This document shows positions 38,942 to 48,658 of a DNA stretch of 64,000 nt, in pieces (position 1 is the stretch's first letter; the number at the start of each line of letters is the position of its first letter). The DNA comes from a virus. Under the pieces are notes generated by a model. That model did no database searches. It was not told the origin of the DNA and worked only from the letters and a program-made list of their open reading frames with translations. Where the stretch lies: IMG/VR virus record IMGVR_UViG_3300031227_000028, positions 1-64,000 of that record; one strand, 5' to 3'. The translations under genes were made by a program, and so were the position numbers.

Positions 38942-41048
38942 ATCGCAAATAGACAAAATGATTAGTAATTGTTTGGTATATGATATAGAAACAAGCGCTA
39001 GTTATCCTGATGGTAAACCAATAAACATTAAAACAGATTTTAAAAATTATATTAAATATGCAATAGTTAAATGGGTAGGTTTTTATTCTTATAAATATAA
39101 TAAATATTATGAATATAATGCTATTATACAACTTGATGAAATTGACCAAATGTTTAAAGACCATAGACATATTATTGGTATAAATAATATAGAATTTGAT
39201 ACTCCTATTTGTATGAATAATAATATTATAAAACAATATCAACATAAACAAATAGATTTACAGGTTATTCTTGGAAATAATTTATTACAAGGGCATAAAA
39301 ATAGAGCAACATTTATGGGTGTAAATTTAAAAAAAATTATTATTAATGATAAAGAATATGGACCTAATACTTTAATGAGTTTAGCTTATCATTTTAATTT
39401 ACCAGTATTAAAAGGAGATATAGATTATAATATATTTTTTAAAAATCATTGGGATGAAAAAGAAACTAAAAATATTATTAAATATTTACATGGTGATATA
39501 GAAGTAACTAAATTATTATTTGATAAAGTAATTAATTTCTGGACTATATTTACAGATTGGTTATATATTGAAGATGTAGAAAAATGGGCTTGGTTAAAAA
39601 GTAGTATTGCCAGTTTAACTTATCTTGCAGCATGTAAAGTTAAAAATGTTTTACCAACATATGGAAGTATAGGAGAAACTGAAGATATGGGTGGAAGAGC
39701 AGTAATGCCTATTAAAGATGAAATATATAATGTTCATTATTTAGATGAAGCATCTAAATATCCACATATATTTGCTCAGTTTAATTTATTTAGTGAAGTA
39801 GATATATCAAGTTATACTAATGAACAAATTGAAAAAGCAATTGCAAATAATATAATATGGCATGGCAATGATAAATTTAAAGTTAAAGGATATTATTATA
39901 TAAAAGAACAATCTATATTAGCTAAAGATGTATTAAATAAATTAAAAACAAGAATAGCTGTTAAGAAAATACTTAAAAAAGATAAAAATGGTAAATATAT
40001 TAATATTGATGAACATAATTATATGAAAATAGAAATTGACCCATTGTTAAAAGATTTTATATTTGATAAACAATTATCTGATTATATTATAAATTCATTA
40101 AATGGATTACAATATGCTATTAAAATCTTTTTAAATTCATTATATGGTGCAGTTAGAAGTGGAATATTTGAACAAATACATACTCCTAATGCTGGATATG
40201 ATTGTTGTTGGATTGGTCAACAAATTCATGAAAAAGTTGAAAAAGAATTTAAAGACCGTGGATATGACACAGTAGGTGGATTTACAGATTCCTGGTTTAT
40301 AGAAAAAAAAGAAGGAGATACTAGAGAATTAATGATTAAATATTGTAAAACTATAATGAACAAATTAAAAGAATCATTTATTTTTCCTGCAGATACACAT
40401 ATAATTGATTATGAATGTTTTATGGATTATTTATTATATAATAAAGATAAGAAAAATGAATATAAAAAAAATAATTATTGTTTCATATCTAATGGTAAAG
40501 TTAAAGTTGTAGGATTTCCTATAAAAAAAAGTAATTCATCTAAACTAGGAAATATAATACTTAATAAATATATTATTCTAGAAGGATTAAAAAGAAATAA
40601 TTTAAAATTTAAAAAGAAATATTTTGATAATATAATTGCAGAAGAATTAAAAAATGATATTACTTTATCTGCTGTTGTTTTTAAATGTAATCCATCAATA
40701 ACTTATAAAAAAATAAATCAATTACAAGCACAAGTAAGTCGAGCATATTTTGATGGTTTAGGTGGAGAAATAGCTATAATTAAAAATAAAAAATTTGGTA
40801 AAGTAGGAAAAACAAATAAATATTGTACTATAAAAGAAGCAATAGAAAATAATATACAAGTTGAAGATTTAGATTTAACTAAATTATTTAATGAACTTAA
40901 TCCATTTATTAGAAAAGAAAAAGATATGGATTTATTTAGTTTTGTTGGTGGTGATGATAATTTATTTGATGAAAAAGTTGATGAAAAAGTTGATGAAAAA
41001 GTTGATGAAAAAGTTGAAACAAAAACGGGGCTAGATAAATGGTTTTGA
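38931..41048 (+). CDS. polB: Family B DNA polymerase
   Basis: Exo motifs YDIET, N..FD and YLHGD; Pol motif A DEASKYP, B KIFLNSLYG, C GFTDSW; ends KTGLDKWF. Confidence 0.9.
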   Translation: MKYKSQIDKMISNCLVYDIETSASYPDGKPINIKTDFKNYIKYAIVKWVGFYSYKYNKYYEYNAIIQLDEIDQMFKDHRHIIGINNIEFDTPICMNNNIIKQYQHKQIDLQVILGNNLLQGHKNRATFMGVNLKKIIINDKEYGPNTLMSLAYHFNLPVLKGDIDYNIFFKNHWDEKETKNIIKYLHGDIEVTKLLFDKVINFWTIFTDWLYIEDVEKWAWLKSSIASLTYLAACKVKNVLPTYGSIGETEDMGGRAVMPIKDEIYNVHYLDEASKYPHIFAQFNLFSEVDISSYTNEQIEKAIANNIIWHGNDKFKVKGYYYIKEQSILAKDVLNKLKTRIAVKKILKKDKNGKYINIDEHNYMKIEIDPLLKDFIFDKQLSDYIINSLNGLQYAIKIFLNSLYGAVRSGIFEQIHTPNAGYDCCWIGQQIHEKVEKEFKDRGYDTVGGFTDSWFIEKKEGDTRELMIKYCKTIMNKLKESFIFPADTHIIDYECFMDYLLYNKDKKNEYKKNNYCFISNGKVKVVGFPIKKSNSSKLGNIILNKYIILEGLKRNNLKFKKKYFDNIIAEELKNDITLSAVVFKCNPSITYKKINQLQAQVSRAYFDGLGGEIAIIKNKKFGKVGKTNKYCTIKEAIENNIQVEDLDLTKLFNELNPFIRKEKDMDLFSFVGGDDNLFDEKVDEKVDEKVDEKVETKTGLDKWF
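40968..41015 (+). repeat. 12-bp tandem repeat x4 encoding a (DEKV)4 linker before the PolB PIP motif
   Basis: GATGAAAAAGTT four times. Confidence 0.9.
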
Positions 41049-41171
41049 ATTATTGTAGAAGATGTGGAAGAAAACTTAATAGCGATAAAGATTATGGGCC
41101 AGTATGTTTAAAAAAAGTTATATTTGAAAGAAGTTTAAATAAAGATTTACTTGTTGATTTTGAGGTTGAAG

Positions 41172-41678
41172 ATGTTTGAAGATTTAGAAGAACCAAAAAT
41201 AAAAGCTATTAAGAAAAAACGTAAGAAACAAATATTAGAAGGATTATTTTCTCAATCTATAAAAAAATATCCTAATTTATTAGGACATAAATTACATAAT
41301 AACCCTTTAGCCCATCAAACTACTCATGCTGATTTTGAAGTATTAAATAAAAATGGTAATATTTATTTTGTTGAAGCAAAAGAATCTAAATTAAATGATA
41401 AAGGATATGGTTCATTTGCATTTAAAAGATTAACTCAAAGAAATTCTTTAATTTTTTATTCTAATTTTTCTAATTATACTTTTAGTTTTATACTGTTATT
41501 CTTTCGTTCTAACACTATGGAAAAATCAAGGTGTTTTGCTATACCTATAGAAAAATGGTGCGAATTTGAGCAAGTAATAGGCAAGAAATCAGCTAATATA
41601 CACGATATAAATGAAAATTTTGCTGATTATATATTAGAATACAGTAATAAACAGTTTAATCTAATGTTCTTATGTTAA
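41172..41678 (+). CDS. Holliday junction resolvase-like PD-(D/E)XK nuclease
   Basis: ADFEV...FVEAKES, RecU/Hjc-like; directly after PolB; likely start MFEDL. Confidence 0.65.
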   Translation: MFEDLEEPKIKAIKKKRKKQILEGLFSQSIKKYPNLLGHKLHNNPLAHQTTHADFEVLNKNGNIYFVEAKESKLNDKGYGSFAFKRLTQRNSLIFYSNFSNYTFSFILLFFRSNTMEKSRCFAIPIEKWCEFEQVIGKKSANIHDINENFADYILEYSNKQFNLMFLC

Positions 41679-41689
41679 TATTCTATTAT

Positions 41690-41777
41690 ATGCTCTATTA
41701 TCTAAACCTTTATATATGAATACTGGTTTATTATAATTATAATTATAATTATTAAAATGATTGGAGATATAAAAATG
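41690..41777 (+). promoter_or_regulatory. Promoter cassette variant
   Basis: CTCTATTATCTAAACCTTTATATATGAATACTGGTTTATTATAATTATAATT...GATTGGAGAT; the ORF starts MDEKK. Confidence 0.65.
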
Positions 41778-42549
41778 GATGAAAAAAAAATTATTGAAGG
41801 AATTAAATTTGAATTAAATTTAAAAAATAATGAATTTGAAGCACGTTATGTTGGAACAATTACAAGATATAATATAACAGAAAAAAATAATTTTAATTCT
41901 TTTATAGATGAACATTTAATTCTTGAAGCATCAAAAAATATGGCTAAAAAATTATATATAAAATTATATAAAAAGGTAGAATAAAATGAATAAAAAAACA
42001 GCAATTGCACAAGATTTAATTTTTTCAGGAGTATATAATACATTTGCAGAAGATACTAAAGCTAAAAAAAAAGATTTTAAAGGTTATAGAAATGTTATGG
42101 TTAATCATGAAAGTGGTTATAGTTTATATGTTGAAAAACAATATTTTATTGACCAAGAAATTAAAGATTTAAAAAATAGAGTAAGTAGATATGAACAAAG
42201 AGCAATTGATTTAGTTAATAAATATGAAACAGATAGAAAAATTATGTTAGAAAAAAATCAAAATGATAAAAATAGAATATTAGAATTACAATCAGGAGAT
42301 AAAAAATGAGTGAAAAAAAAATTTCGAAAATAATAGATATTGATAATCAAATAATGAATAAATATGATTTATGTTCAGGTGTAGATATGCTTAAACATAA
42401 AGATGAATTTATTAAAGCATTAAAAAATGCTAATATAGAAAATATTACACAAAAAGATTATAATAAATTAGAAGATATGAATTATCATACACCTTTAGAA
42501 ATAATTATTGAAGCAGGAATGTTTAAACAAAATAATCAGGTAAATTAAA

Positions 42550-43497
42550 ATGAATGGAAAAAAATATAAACCATATTTAATAACAAACGATACTCCAAAT
42601 TTAGATATATTAGATTATTCTTTATATTATAAATCTAAAAAGAGAGATGGTATTAGAGTAAATTTTAATAAAGGAGAAATGCTTTCAAGGTCTCTTAAAC
42701 AAATTCAAAATAAACAATTACAAGAACAATTTCAAAATTTAAAAGATTTCTCAAAAAAATATAATGCAATTATTGATGCTGAATTATATAGTCATAGTTC
42801 AACGTTTCAACATATAACTTCATTAGTAATGACTCAAAATTATAATGATAAAAATTCTATTAAAAAACATGGAAAAGTTTTAGAAATTCCAATTGATTTT
42901 AAAGCATATATTTTTGATATAATTTTTGATGATAATTATGAAGAAAAATTTGAAAATAGATATTTAAATATGTTAAATTTATCAGAAATTGAAAATCAAA
43001 ATAATTTTAAAGTTGTTAAACAATTAGGATGTTTAGATAAAAAAGATGTTATAACATTTTATGAAGATAATTTAAAAAATGATTATGAAGGTGTAGTTTT
43101 AAAAAGAAAAGATATGCCATATAAATGTGGAAGAAGTACTTTAAAGACTGGTGATGCATTAAAATTAAAACCATATAAAAGATTTGATGCAATAATAAAA
43201 GGAGTTACTGAAAGAATGGAAAATACTTCTGAATCGTTTAAAAATGAATTAGGTAATTCTACTAAATCTAGAAAAAACGAAGATATGATTCCAACTGGAA
43301 TTGCAGCTGCATTTATAGTTGATTATGAAGGAAAAGAAATGAAAGTATCTTTAACTGGAGATATGGCTTATAGAAAAAATATCTTTGAAAATAAAGAAGA
43401 TATGATAGGTAAATGGATAGAATTTGAAGGAATGGAAGTTGGTTCTAAAAATGTTCCAAGACATCCATCATTTATTAGATTTAGAGATGCAAAATAA
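42550..43497 (+). CDS. lig: ATP-dependent DNA ligase (minimal)
   Basis: KRDGIR (motif I), DAELY, FDI, EGVVLK, LKLK, PRHPSFIRFR (motif VI). Confidence 0.92.
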   Translation: MNGKKYKPYLITNDTPNLDILDYSLYYKSKKRDGIRVNFNKGEMLSRSLKQIQNKQLQEQFQNLKDFSKKYNAIIDAELYSHSSTFQHITSLVMTQNYNDKNSIKKHGKVLEIPIDFKAYIFDIIFDDNYEEKFENRYLNMLNLSEIENQNNFKVVKQLGCLDKKDVITFYEDNLKNDYEGVVLKRKDMPYKCGRSTLKTGDALKLKPYKRFDAIIKGVTERMENTSESFKNELGNSTKSRKNEDMIPTGIAAAFIVDYEGKEMKVSLTGDMAYRKNIFENKEDMIGKWIEFEGMEVGSKNVPRHPSFIRFRDAK

Positions 43498-43577
43498 TAA
43501 TATAAATAATAATAGTATATATAAATAGTAATGTAATTATTATAATTATAATAATTATTTAATAGGAGGTAGTAACA

Positions 43578-43724
43578 ATGGTGCAATCATTAGTAACTTT
43601 TACTGAGGAAGATAGTAACTTTATTGACGAATATAAAAAAGAAAAAGATATTTCATCAAAACAAGACGCTATAATTGATATGGTAAAAAGAATTAAAAAA
43701 ATCGAAGAAGAAAACAAACAATAA
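43578..43724 (+). CDS. Small RHH/antitoxin-like regulator
   Basis: Read by hand: MVQSLVTFTEEDSNFIDEYKKEKDISSKQDAIIDMVKR...; AGGAGGT SD upstream. Confidence 0.5.
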   Translation: MVQSLVTFTEEDSNFIDEYKKEKDISSKQDAIIDMVKRIKKIEEENKQ

Positions 43725-44294
43725 ATAACACTATGGAGGGTGTAAAAATGACTATAATTATTGAAGAAGAAGAAGGAATTGATGCAAAAATATTTCAAGG
43801 TAATGCATTTAAATTTAAAATTAAACAAGATAAAATTGATGATTTTAAAGGAAACTATGATGTATTTGCTGATGAAAAATGGAATAAATATAAAATAAAA
43901 ATAGCAGATTTAATTCAAAAAAGAATGACAAAATTTGTTAAAGAAATTGTTGCTGGGGGAACTTGGGAAGAAGATTTTAAATCTATTTTTAGCGGGCTAA
44001 TTGATTTAATTGAAGGAACACAAGGAGAAGCTAAAGTTTTTGAATAAAATGGAAACAGCAAAATCATATAAAAAGTTACTTGAGCCTATACAATATAGTG
44101 ATGATAGAAAAAAAGCAATGATAGAACTTGGTTATGATATTGATGAATTGCAAAAAGAATTTAAATTAAAATACGGTGAACAAGAAAAAAATTTAGATTC
44201 ATTAAACATGCTTAATTCTATTTTAAATAAAGATTAAGGTATAATACCTTAATTATTTTTTATTTTCTATTTCTTTATAAATAATTAACGCTCA

Positions 44295-44375
44295 AAAACA
44301 ATACATTTATATATTAGTACTGGTTTATTATAATTATAATTATAATTAAATGATTGATTGGAGATGAACGAAATG
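44295..44375 (+). promoter_or_regulatory. Repeated promoter cassette (plus-strand copy)
   Basis: AAAACAATACATTTATATATTAGTACTGGTTTATTATAATTATAATT...GATTGGAGATG, with the same core as the minus-strand copies. Confidence 0.75.
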
Positions 44376-45324
44376 GATGAAGAAAAAAATTATGAAAGGT
44401 CAAAAGATAACAAACGGTATAAATATTCAGAAACTGATAAAGATAACACAAGTTATTATTATCAAGCAACTTCATCAAAAAATAATGAAGATGGAAAATA
44501 TACAGGACATTATAATTCATGTAGTAAAGAAGATTATTATGAATTATAAATAATTATAACTAATGATTTGGAGATGAAAAAAAATGGATGAAATTATGAA
44601 ATCAAAATTAGAAATTTTAATTAAACAAATTAAAAATAAACAAATATCTATTGTTTATAAAAAAAACGATATTAAAAATATTAAAGAAATAATTGAAGCA
44701 GAAAGTTTAAATTTAAAAGTTATTATACAAAGTGAATTAGATGAAAAAAATAAAAAGAAATTTTCAAATGAAGATTCTAGAAGATTAGAATTTATTCAAA
44801 GAAGTATTAAAGATATAAGTTTATGTAAAAAAAATCATAGAACATTTGAAATGGAAACTAATTGTAGAGCAATGGAAATTGATTTAGAATATGATAAAAA
44901 CGAATTAAGAATGTATGAAATTTTATCAAGGTTAGGTGTAATATAATAATGGTTGATAAAAAATTAATGAATAAAAAACTTAAAGATTTAACTATAAAAG
45001 AAGTTGAAGAATATTTAAAAAATAAAGAAAATTATAATTTTGATGTATCATATAAAAATATAACAGACGATTGTAAATTTACACCTTTTTGTAGCGGTGG
45101 TTCAAATGACCCTAAATATGGTTGTAATAAAATATATTATGATTTAGCAATTCATTATAAAAAAAGACTTATTTTTAGATTAGATATTAATAGTTTTAAA
45201 AATAAATCAACATATCCTAAAGATAATGTTCTTATATCAGAAGGAATAGAATATCAATTTCATTGGTTAGATAATGGAAAATTTATGATAGTTAAAAAAT
45301 ATTCAAAATAGAGGTTAAATAATA

Positions 45325-45450
45325 ATGGTAGACATAGTAATTTATCACAAAAGTGATTTAGACAGGATTGGTTCAGCAGCAGCAGGATTTGACATGTCAA
45401 TACCAGACTTTTATCTTAATTTTTTAATAAGGAATATAGTAGAGGAGTAA
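45325..45450 (+). pseudogene. Internally deleted DHH phosphoesterase remnant
   Basis: MVDIVIYHKSDLDRIGSAAAGF: DHH motif I (YH..DLDG..SAA) joined directly to the DHHA1 C-terminal AAGF. Confidence 0.5.
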
Positions 45451-45452
45451 AA

Positions 45453-45749
45453 ATGGAAGCAGAAAAAATATCAATGAAAAATTTGTTATACAAAATAACA
45501 GATTTAAAAACTCTTGACGGAGTAGATTCAGTAGGAAGTTATCTTTATAATGGATACCATGTACAAATTAGTGAACATAATTTAACATGTGCAGAACGAG
45601 TTGGTAGATTATATTATAGAAGAAGAAATAATGGTTTATGTGTTAATTGTGGAAAAAAAGTTACTAGAATGAATCCTAAAACAGGAAAATTATACAGACT
45701 TTGTGAAAAGCATAGAAAACAAATTGATTTAAAAAAGAGAGTAAGATGA
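45453..45749 (+). CDS. Zn-binding hypothetical protein
   Basis: RRRNNGLCVNCG...LYRLCEKH. Confidence 0.65.
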   Translation: MEAEKISMKNLLYKITDLKTLDGVDSVGSYLYNGYHVQISEHNLTCAERVGRLYYRRRNNGLCVNCGKKVTRMNPKTGKLYRLCEKHRKQIDLKKRVR

Positions 45750-46496
45750 AAACTATAGAAGAATTACAAAAACGTTTAGAAGGTGCCTTTAAACATAGTA
45801 ATTTTTTTGATTCTTTACATGAAGTTAATGAAGTAAAAAAAGTTATTGGTGCAAAGGAATTAACTAAATTTTTAAAAAAGAAAATTAATATTATAAAAAA
45901 AGAAAAAAGAGAATATAATTTAAAAGTCAAAAATATTAGAATTAAATATGGTTCATTTAACGAATATATATATGAAGAAGCTTTACAATATATAACTCAT
46001 AGTTATAAAGTAGGAGAAATTGTTGTTGTTGAATATTGTGATTCATATAAAGCCCTTAAAATACATAAAATAACAAAAAAAGGTTATGATTTATGGGATG
46101 GAAATAAATTGGCCACAATAATGAAAATACCAGAATCTAGTATATTAGGTTATGGACATAATTTAAATAAAATAATTAAAGAAAATGACAAAAAGAAGGT
46201 CAAAAATTAATTCAACTTTTTTTCTTGATATAATTGGTGAAGATAAAGTTGATAAAAAGAAATATAAAAAAACAGATAAATATAAACCCAACGATTATTT
46301 TATGTAAATAATATTATTTAATACAAACATTTATATATTAGTTGTTATATTATTATGAATATGTATAAGACAACAAGTTTAACCAATATGTGTATGAGTA
46401 ATTTATTACTTGCGTCATTTTAGTTATAACTATGTTGTTAAGCTTATTCTTTTTATTTATCTGTTTAACAACAGGTTGAAATATATTAAAATTTAT

Positions 46497-46572
46497 AGAA
46501 GTGTAGGCTAGTCAGGTCAAAGTCACGCGGCTCATGACCGTGAGAACGTTGGTTCAAATCCGACCACTTCTA
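46497..46572 (+). tRNA. tRNA-Met(CAT), initiator-like A1:U72
   Basis: AGAAGTG/CACTTCT acceptor, CGCGG-CT CAT GA-CCGTG. Confidence 0.9.
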
Positions 46573-46682
46573 TTTTGTTTAAATGTACATTTAAATAAAC
46601 GTGATAAAAATAATTACCTACCGTTTAGAAACGAAAGGAGGAGTGATTCCCTCGTTGCAAGGAATTATTGTTTATTTTTATT

Positions 46683-46753
46683 GCCGATGTAGTATAATGG
46701 TATTATACCTGGCTGTTGACCAGATGATAGGGGTTCAATTCCCTTCGTCGGCG
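46683..46753 (+). tRNA. tRNA-Asn(GTT)
   Basis: Cloverleaf with loop CT GTT GA. Confidence 0.9.
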
Positions 46754-46759
46754 TTTTAT

Positions 46760-46880
46760 ACGTGTGTGGCTGATTGGTAAAAGCGCTGGACTTAGAATGA
46801 AAATTCGTCTACAAGATGTTTTTACATAAGTTATCCAGTTTCCTAAGTGGATGTTGTGTGTTCAATTCATACCACACGTA
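46760..46880 (+). tRNA. tRNA-Leu(TAG) with a BHB intron at 46797-46832
   Basis: CTGGA-CT TAG A[intron]A-TCCAG; CTTA/TAAG helix, 3-nt bulges GAA and TTA; long variable arm. Confidence 0.9.
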
Positions 46881-46887
46881 TTTTTAT

Positions 46888-46971
46888 GCTACGATGGCTC
46901 AATATGGCACAGCAACAGATTGCTAATCTGTGAGACAATAACTCTTTTCGGTTCAAATCCGAATCGTAGCG
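46888..46971 (+). tRNA. tRNA-Ser(GCT)
   Basis: Cloverleaf with long variable arm. Confidence 0.9.
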
Positions 46972-47069
46972 TTGAAGGAGAAGCTAAAAATGGTCTTATT
47001 GGAAGCAAGAGGCAATGCTTGACGAAGAGAAACTTATAACTGTAGCGGGTTATACATTCATTATTTTTT

Positions 47070-47150
47070 GCTAACAAAGCGAATGGTAAGCGTGCCGTCT
47101 TGAAAACGGTTGGTCCTTGCGGCTCGTCAGTTCGAATCTGGCTGTTAGCG
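47070..47150 (+). tRNA. tRNA-Ser(TGA)
   Basis: Cloverleaf with long variable arm; short, atypical D arm. Confidence 0.85.
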
Positions 47151-47179
47151 TTATTAAAATAAAAAAAATATAAATTATT

Positions 47180-47253
47180 GGGCGAATAGTTAAATCTGGT
47201 ATAACGTCCCGCTTGCAACGGGGAGGCTTCGGGTTCAAATCCCGATTTGTCCA
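47180..47253 (+). tRNA. tRNA-Ala(TGC)
   Basis: Cloverleaf with G3:U70. Confidence 0.92.
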
Positions 47254-47262
47254 TATATTAAA

Positions 47263-47463
47263 ATGAGTTATGATAAAAATCATACAAAAGACGATTGTGA
47301 TAAATGTCTTGAAAGGGTTGGAAAAGAAAATTTAACACCTATTAAGTTTTTATATCTTGATAGGAATGATTTAATGCATCCTGATTATTATCATAACGCA
47401 ACTAAAGCACAAAAAGATTACAAATTATATTATGTTTGTAAAAATTGTTTAAAAAATTATTAA
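47263..47463 (+). CDS. Small Zn-finger protein inside the tRNA array
   Basis: CDKC...CKNC. Confidence 0.6.
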   Translation: MSYDKNHTKDDCDKCLERVGKENLTPIKFLYLDRNDLMHPDYYHNATKAQKDYKLYYVCKNCLKNY

Positions 47464-47464
47464 T

Positions 47465-47538
47465 GCACGTGTGGCACAGTGGTCTACTGCGTCTGCCTTG
47501 TAAGCAGAATTACCCCAGTTCAAATCTGGGTACGTGCT
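47465..47538 (+). tRNA. tRNA-Thr(TGT)
   Basis: Cloverleaf. Confidence 0.92.
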
Positions 47539-47544
47539 TTTTAT

Positions 47545-47616
47545 GCATCATTGGGCAAGTGGTAAGTCGTCTGTCTGCAAAACAGAAGAACCCCGGTTCA
47601 ATTCCGGGATGATGCT
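47545..47616 (+). tRNA. tRNA-Cys(GCA)
   Basis: Cloverleaf with U73. Confidence 0.92.
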
Positions 47617-47617
47617 T

Positions 47618-47902
47618 ATGGTAAAATATAAAAAAAAATATGGGCATGAATATCCAACATTAACAGTTCCAATGAAATCACTTCAAGAAGAAAATTTATT
47701 TATTAATCCTTATTGGAATGAATGGAATACTCAAAAAGATAGTTTAAGAGTTATATGTGATAATAAAAAAATAGTTAAACAAAATAAAAATAGAATACAT
47801 AAATTTTCAGTTTGGGATATTAGAGAAAAAGGAATACAAGAAAAAAATAAAAAAAAATTAATTATAAGAAAGAAAAGAAAATTATTAAATAATATTATTT
47901 AA
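47618..47902 (+). CDS. Basic hypothetical protein inside the tRNA array
   Basis: True start likely MVKYKK at 47618, because the longer track call overlaps tRNA-Cys. Confidence 0.55.
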   Translation: MVKYKKKYGHEYPTLTVPMKSLQEENLFINPYWNEWNTQKDSLRVICDNKKIVKQNKNRIHKFSVWDIREKGIQEKNKKKLIIRKKRKLLNNII

Positions 47903-48174
47903 TACAAACATTTATATATTAGATATGGTTTTATATAATTATAATAAATAATCTTAATATTAATTTATTAAGAAATATTAAATAACTAGATAATTATAGG
48001 TGTTATCCCAATCATATTAAAATGAACATACAAGAATGGAGACAGGACGGGGAAAGAGGCTTTGACATAGTGTTTAAGCCTATCTATCGTTAGTCCTTCC
48101 ATGGTTCATATCAATTTCTAAATAAATAAAAAAGAACATTGGCCATGTGCCATGGAATTCTAAAAAAAATATAC

Positions 48175-48245
48175 AGTCGTATAGTTTAATGGTAAAATTA
48201 TCCGTTTACACCGGATGGCTATGAGTTCAATTCTCATTGCGACTA
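48175..48245 (+). tRNA. tRNA-Val(TAC)
   Basis: Cloverleaf. Confidence 0.9.
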
Positions 48246-48259
48246 TAATAAACCTTTAT

Positions 48260-48332
48260 GCTCTAATGGTCTAGTGGACAATGACATCTGGCTTTCGACC
48301 AGAAGACCTGAGTTCAATTCTCGGTTGGGGTA
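48260..48332 (+). tRNA. tRNA-Glu(TTC)
   Basis: Cloverleaf with a GU-rich acceptor. Confidence 0.88.
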
Positions 48333-48338
48333 CTTTAC

Positions 48339-48413
48339 TGGGTGGTGGTCTAGTTTGGCTAAGACTCTCGACTTGGACTCGAGAAACCGGGGGTTCAAAT
48401 CCTCCCCATCCAA
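48339..48413 (+). tRNA. tRNA-Pro(TGG)
   Basis: Cloverleaf. Confidence 0.9.
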
Positions 48414-48423
48414 TATTTATTTT

Positions 48424-48495
48424 GCCTGTGTAGTGTAATGGCTATCACATGAGACTGTCTATCTCAAAATTTGGGTTCAATTCCCAGCATGGGCG
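48424..48495 (+). tRNA. tRNA-Asp(GTC)
   Basis: Cloverleaf with G73. Confidence 0.9.
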
Positions 48496-48499
48496 TTAT

Positions 48500-48574
48500 G
48501 GAAGTATAGCTTAATCTGGTTAAAGCACCGGTCTTATATACCGTTGAATCTGGGTTCAAATCCCAGTATTTCCA
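48500..48574 (+). tRNA. tRNA-Ile(TAT)
   Basis: CCGGT-CT TAT AT-ACCGT, A73. Confidence 0.88.
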
Positions 48575-48579
48575 TTTAT

Positions 48580-48652
48580 GGACGTATGGCTAAGTGGTTA
48601 AGGCAGTCGACTGATATTCGAAAGAACACCGGTTCAAATCCGGTTATGTCCA
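48580..48652 (+). tRNA. tRNA-Ile(GAT)
   Basis: Cloverleaf. Confidence 0.9.
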
Positions 48653-48658
48653 TTTTAT

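Noticed and set aside
21742-41048. Inteins or introns in MCM, PolB or RFC
   Set aside because: No C...HN/(C/S/T) junctions or LAGLIDADG motifs seen; motif spacing is roughly normal
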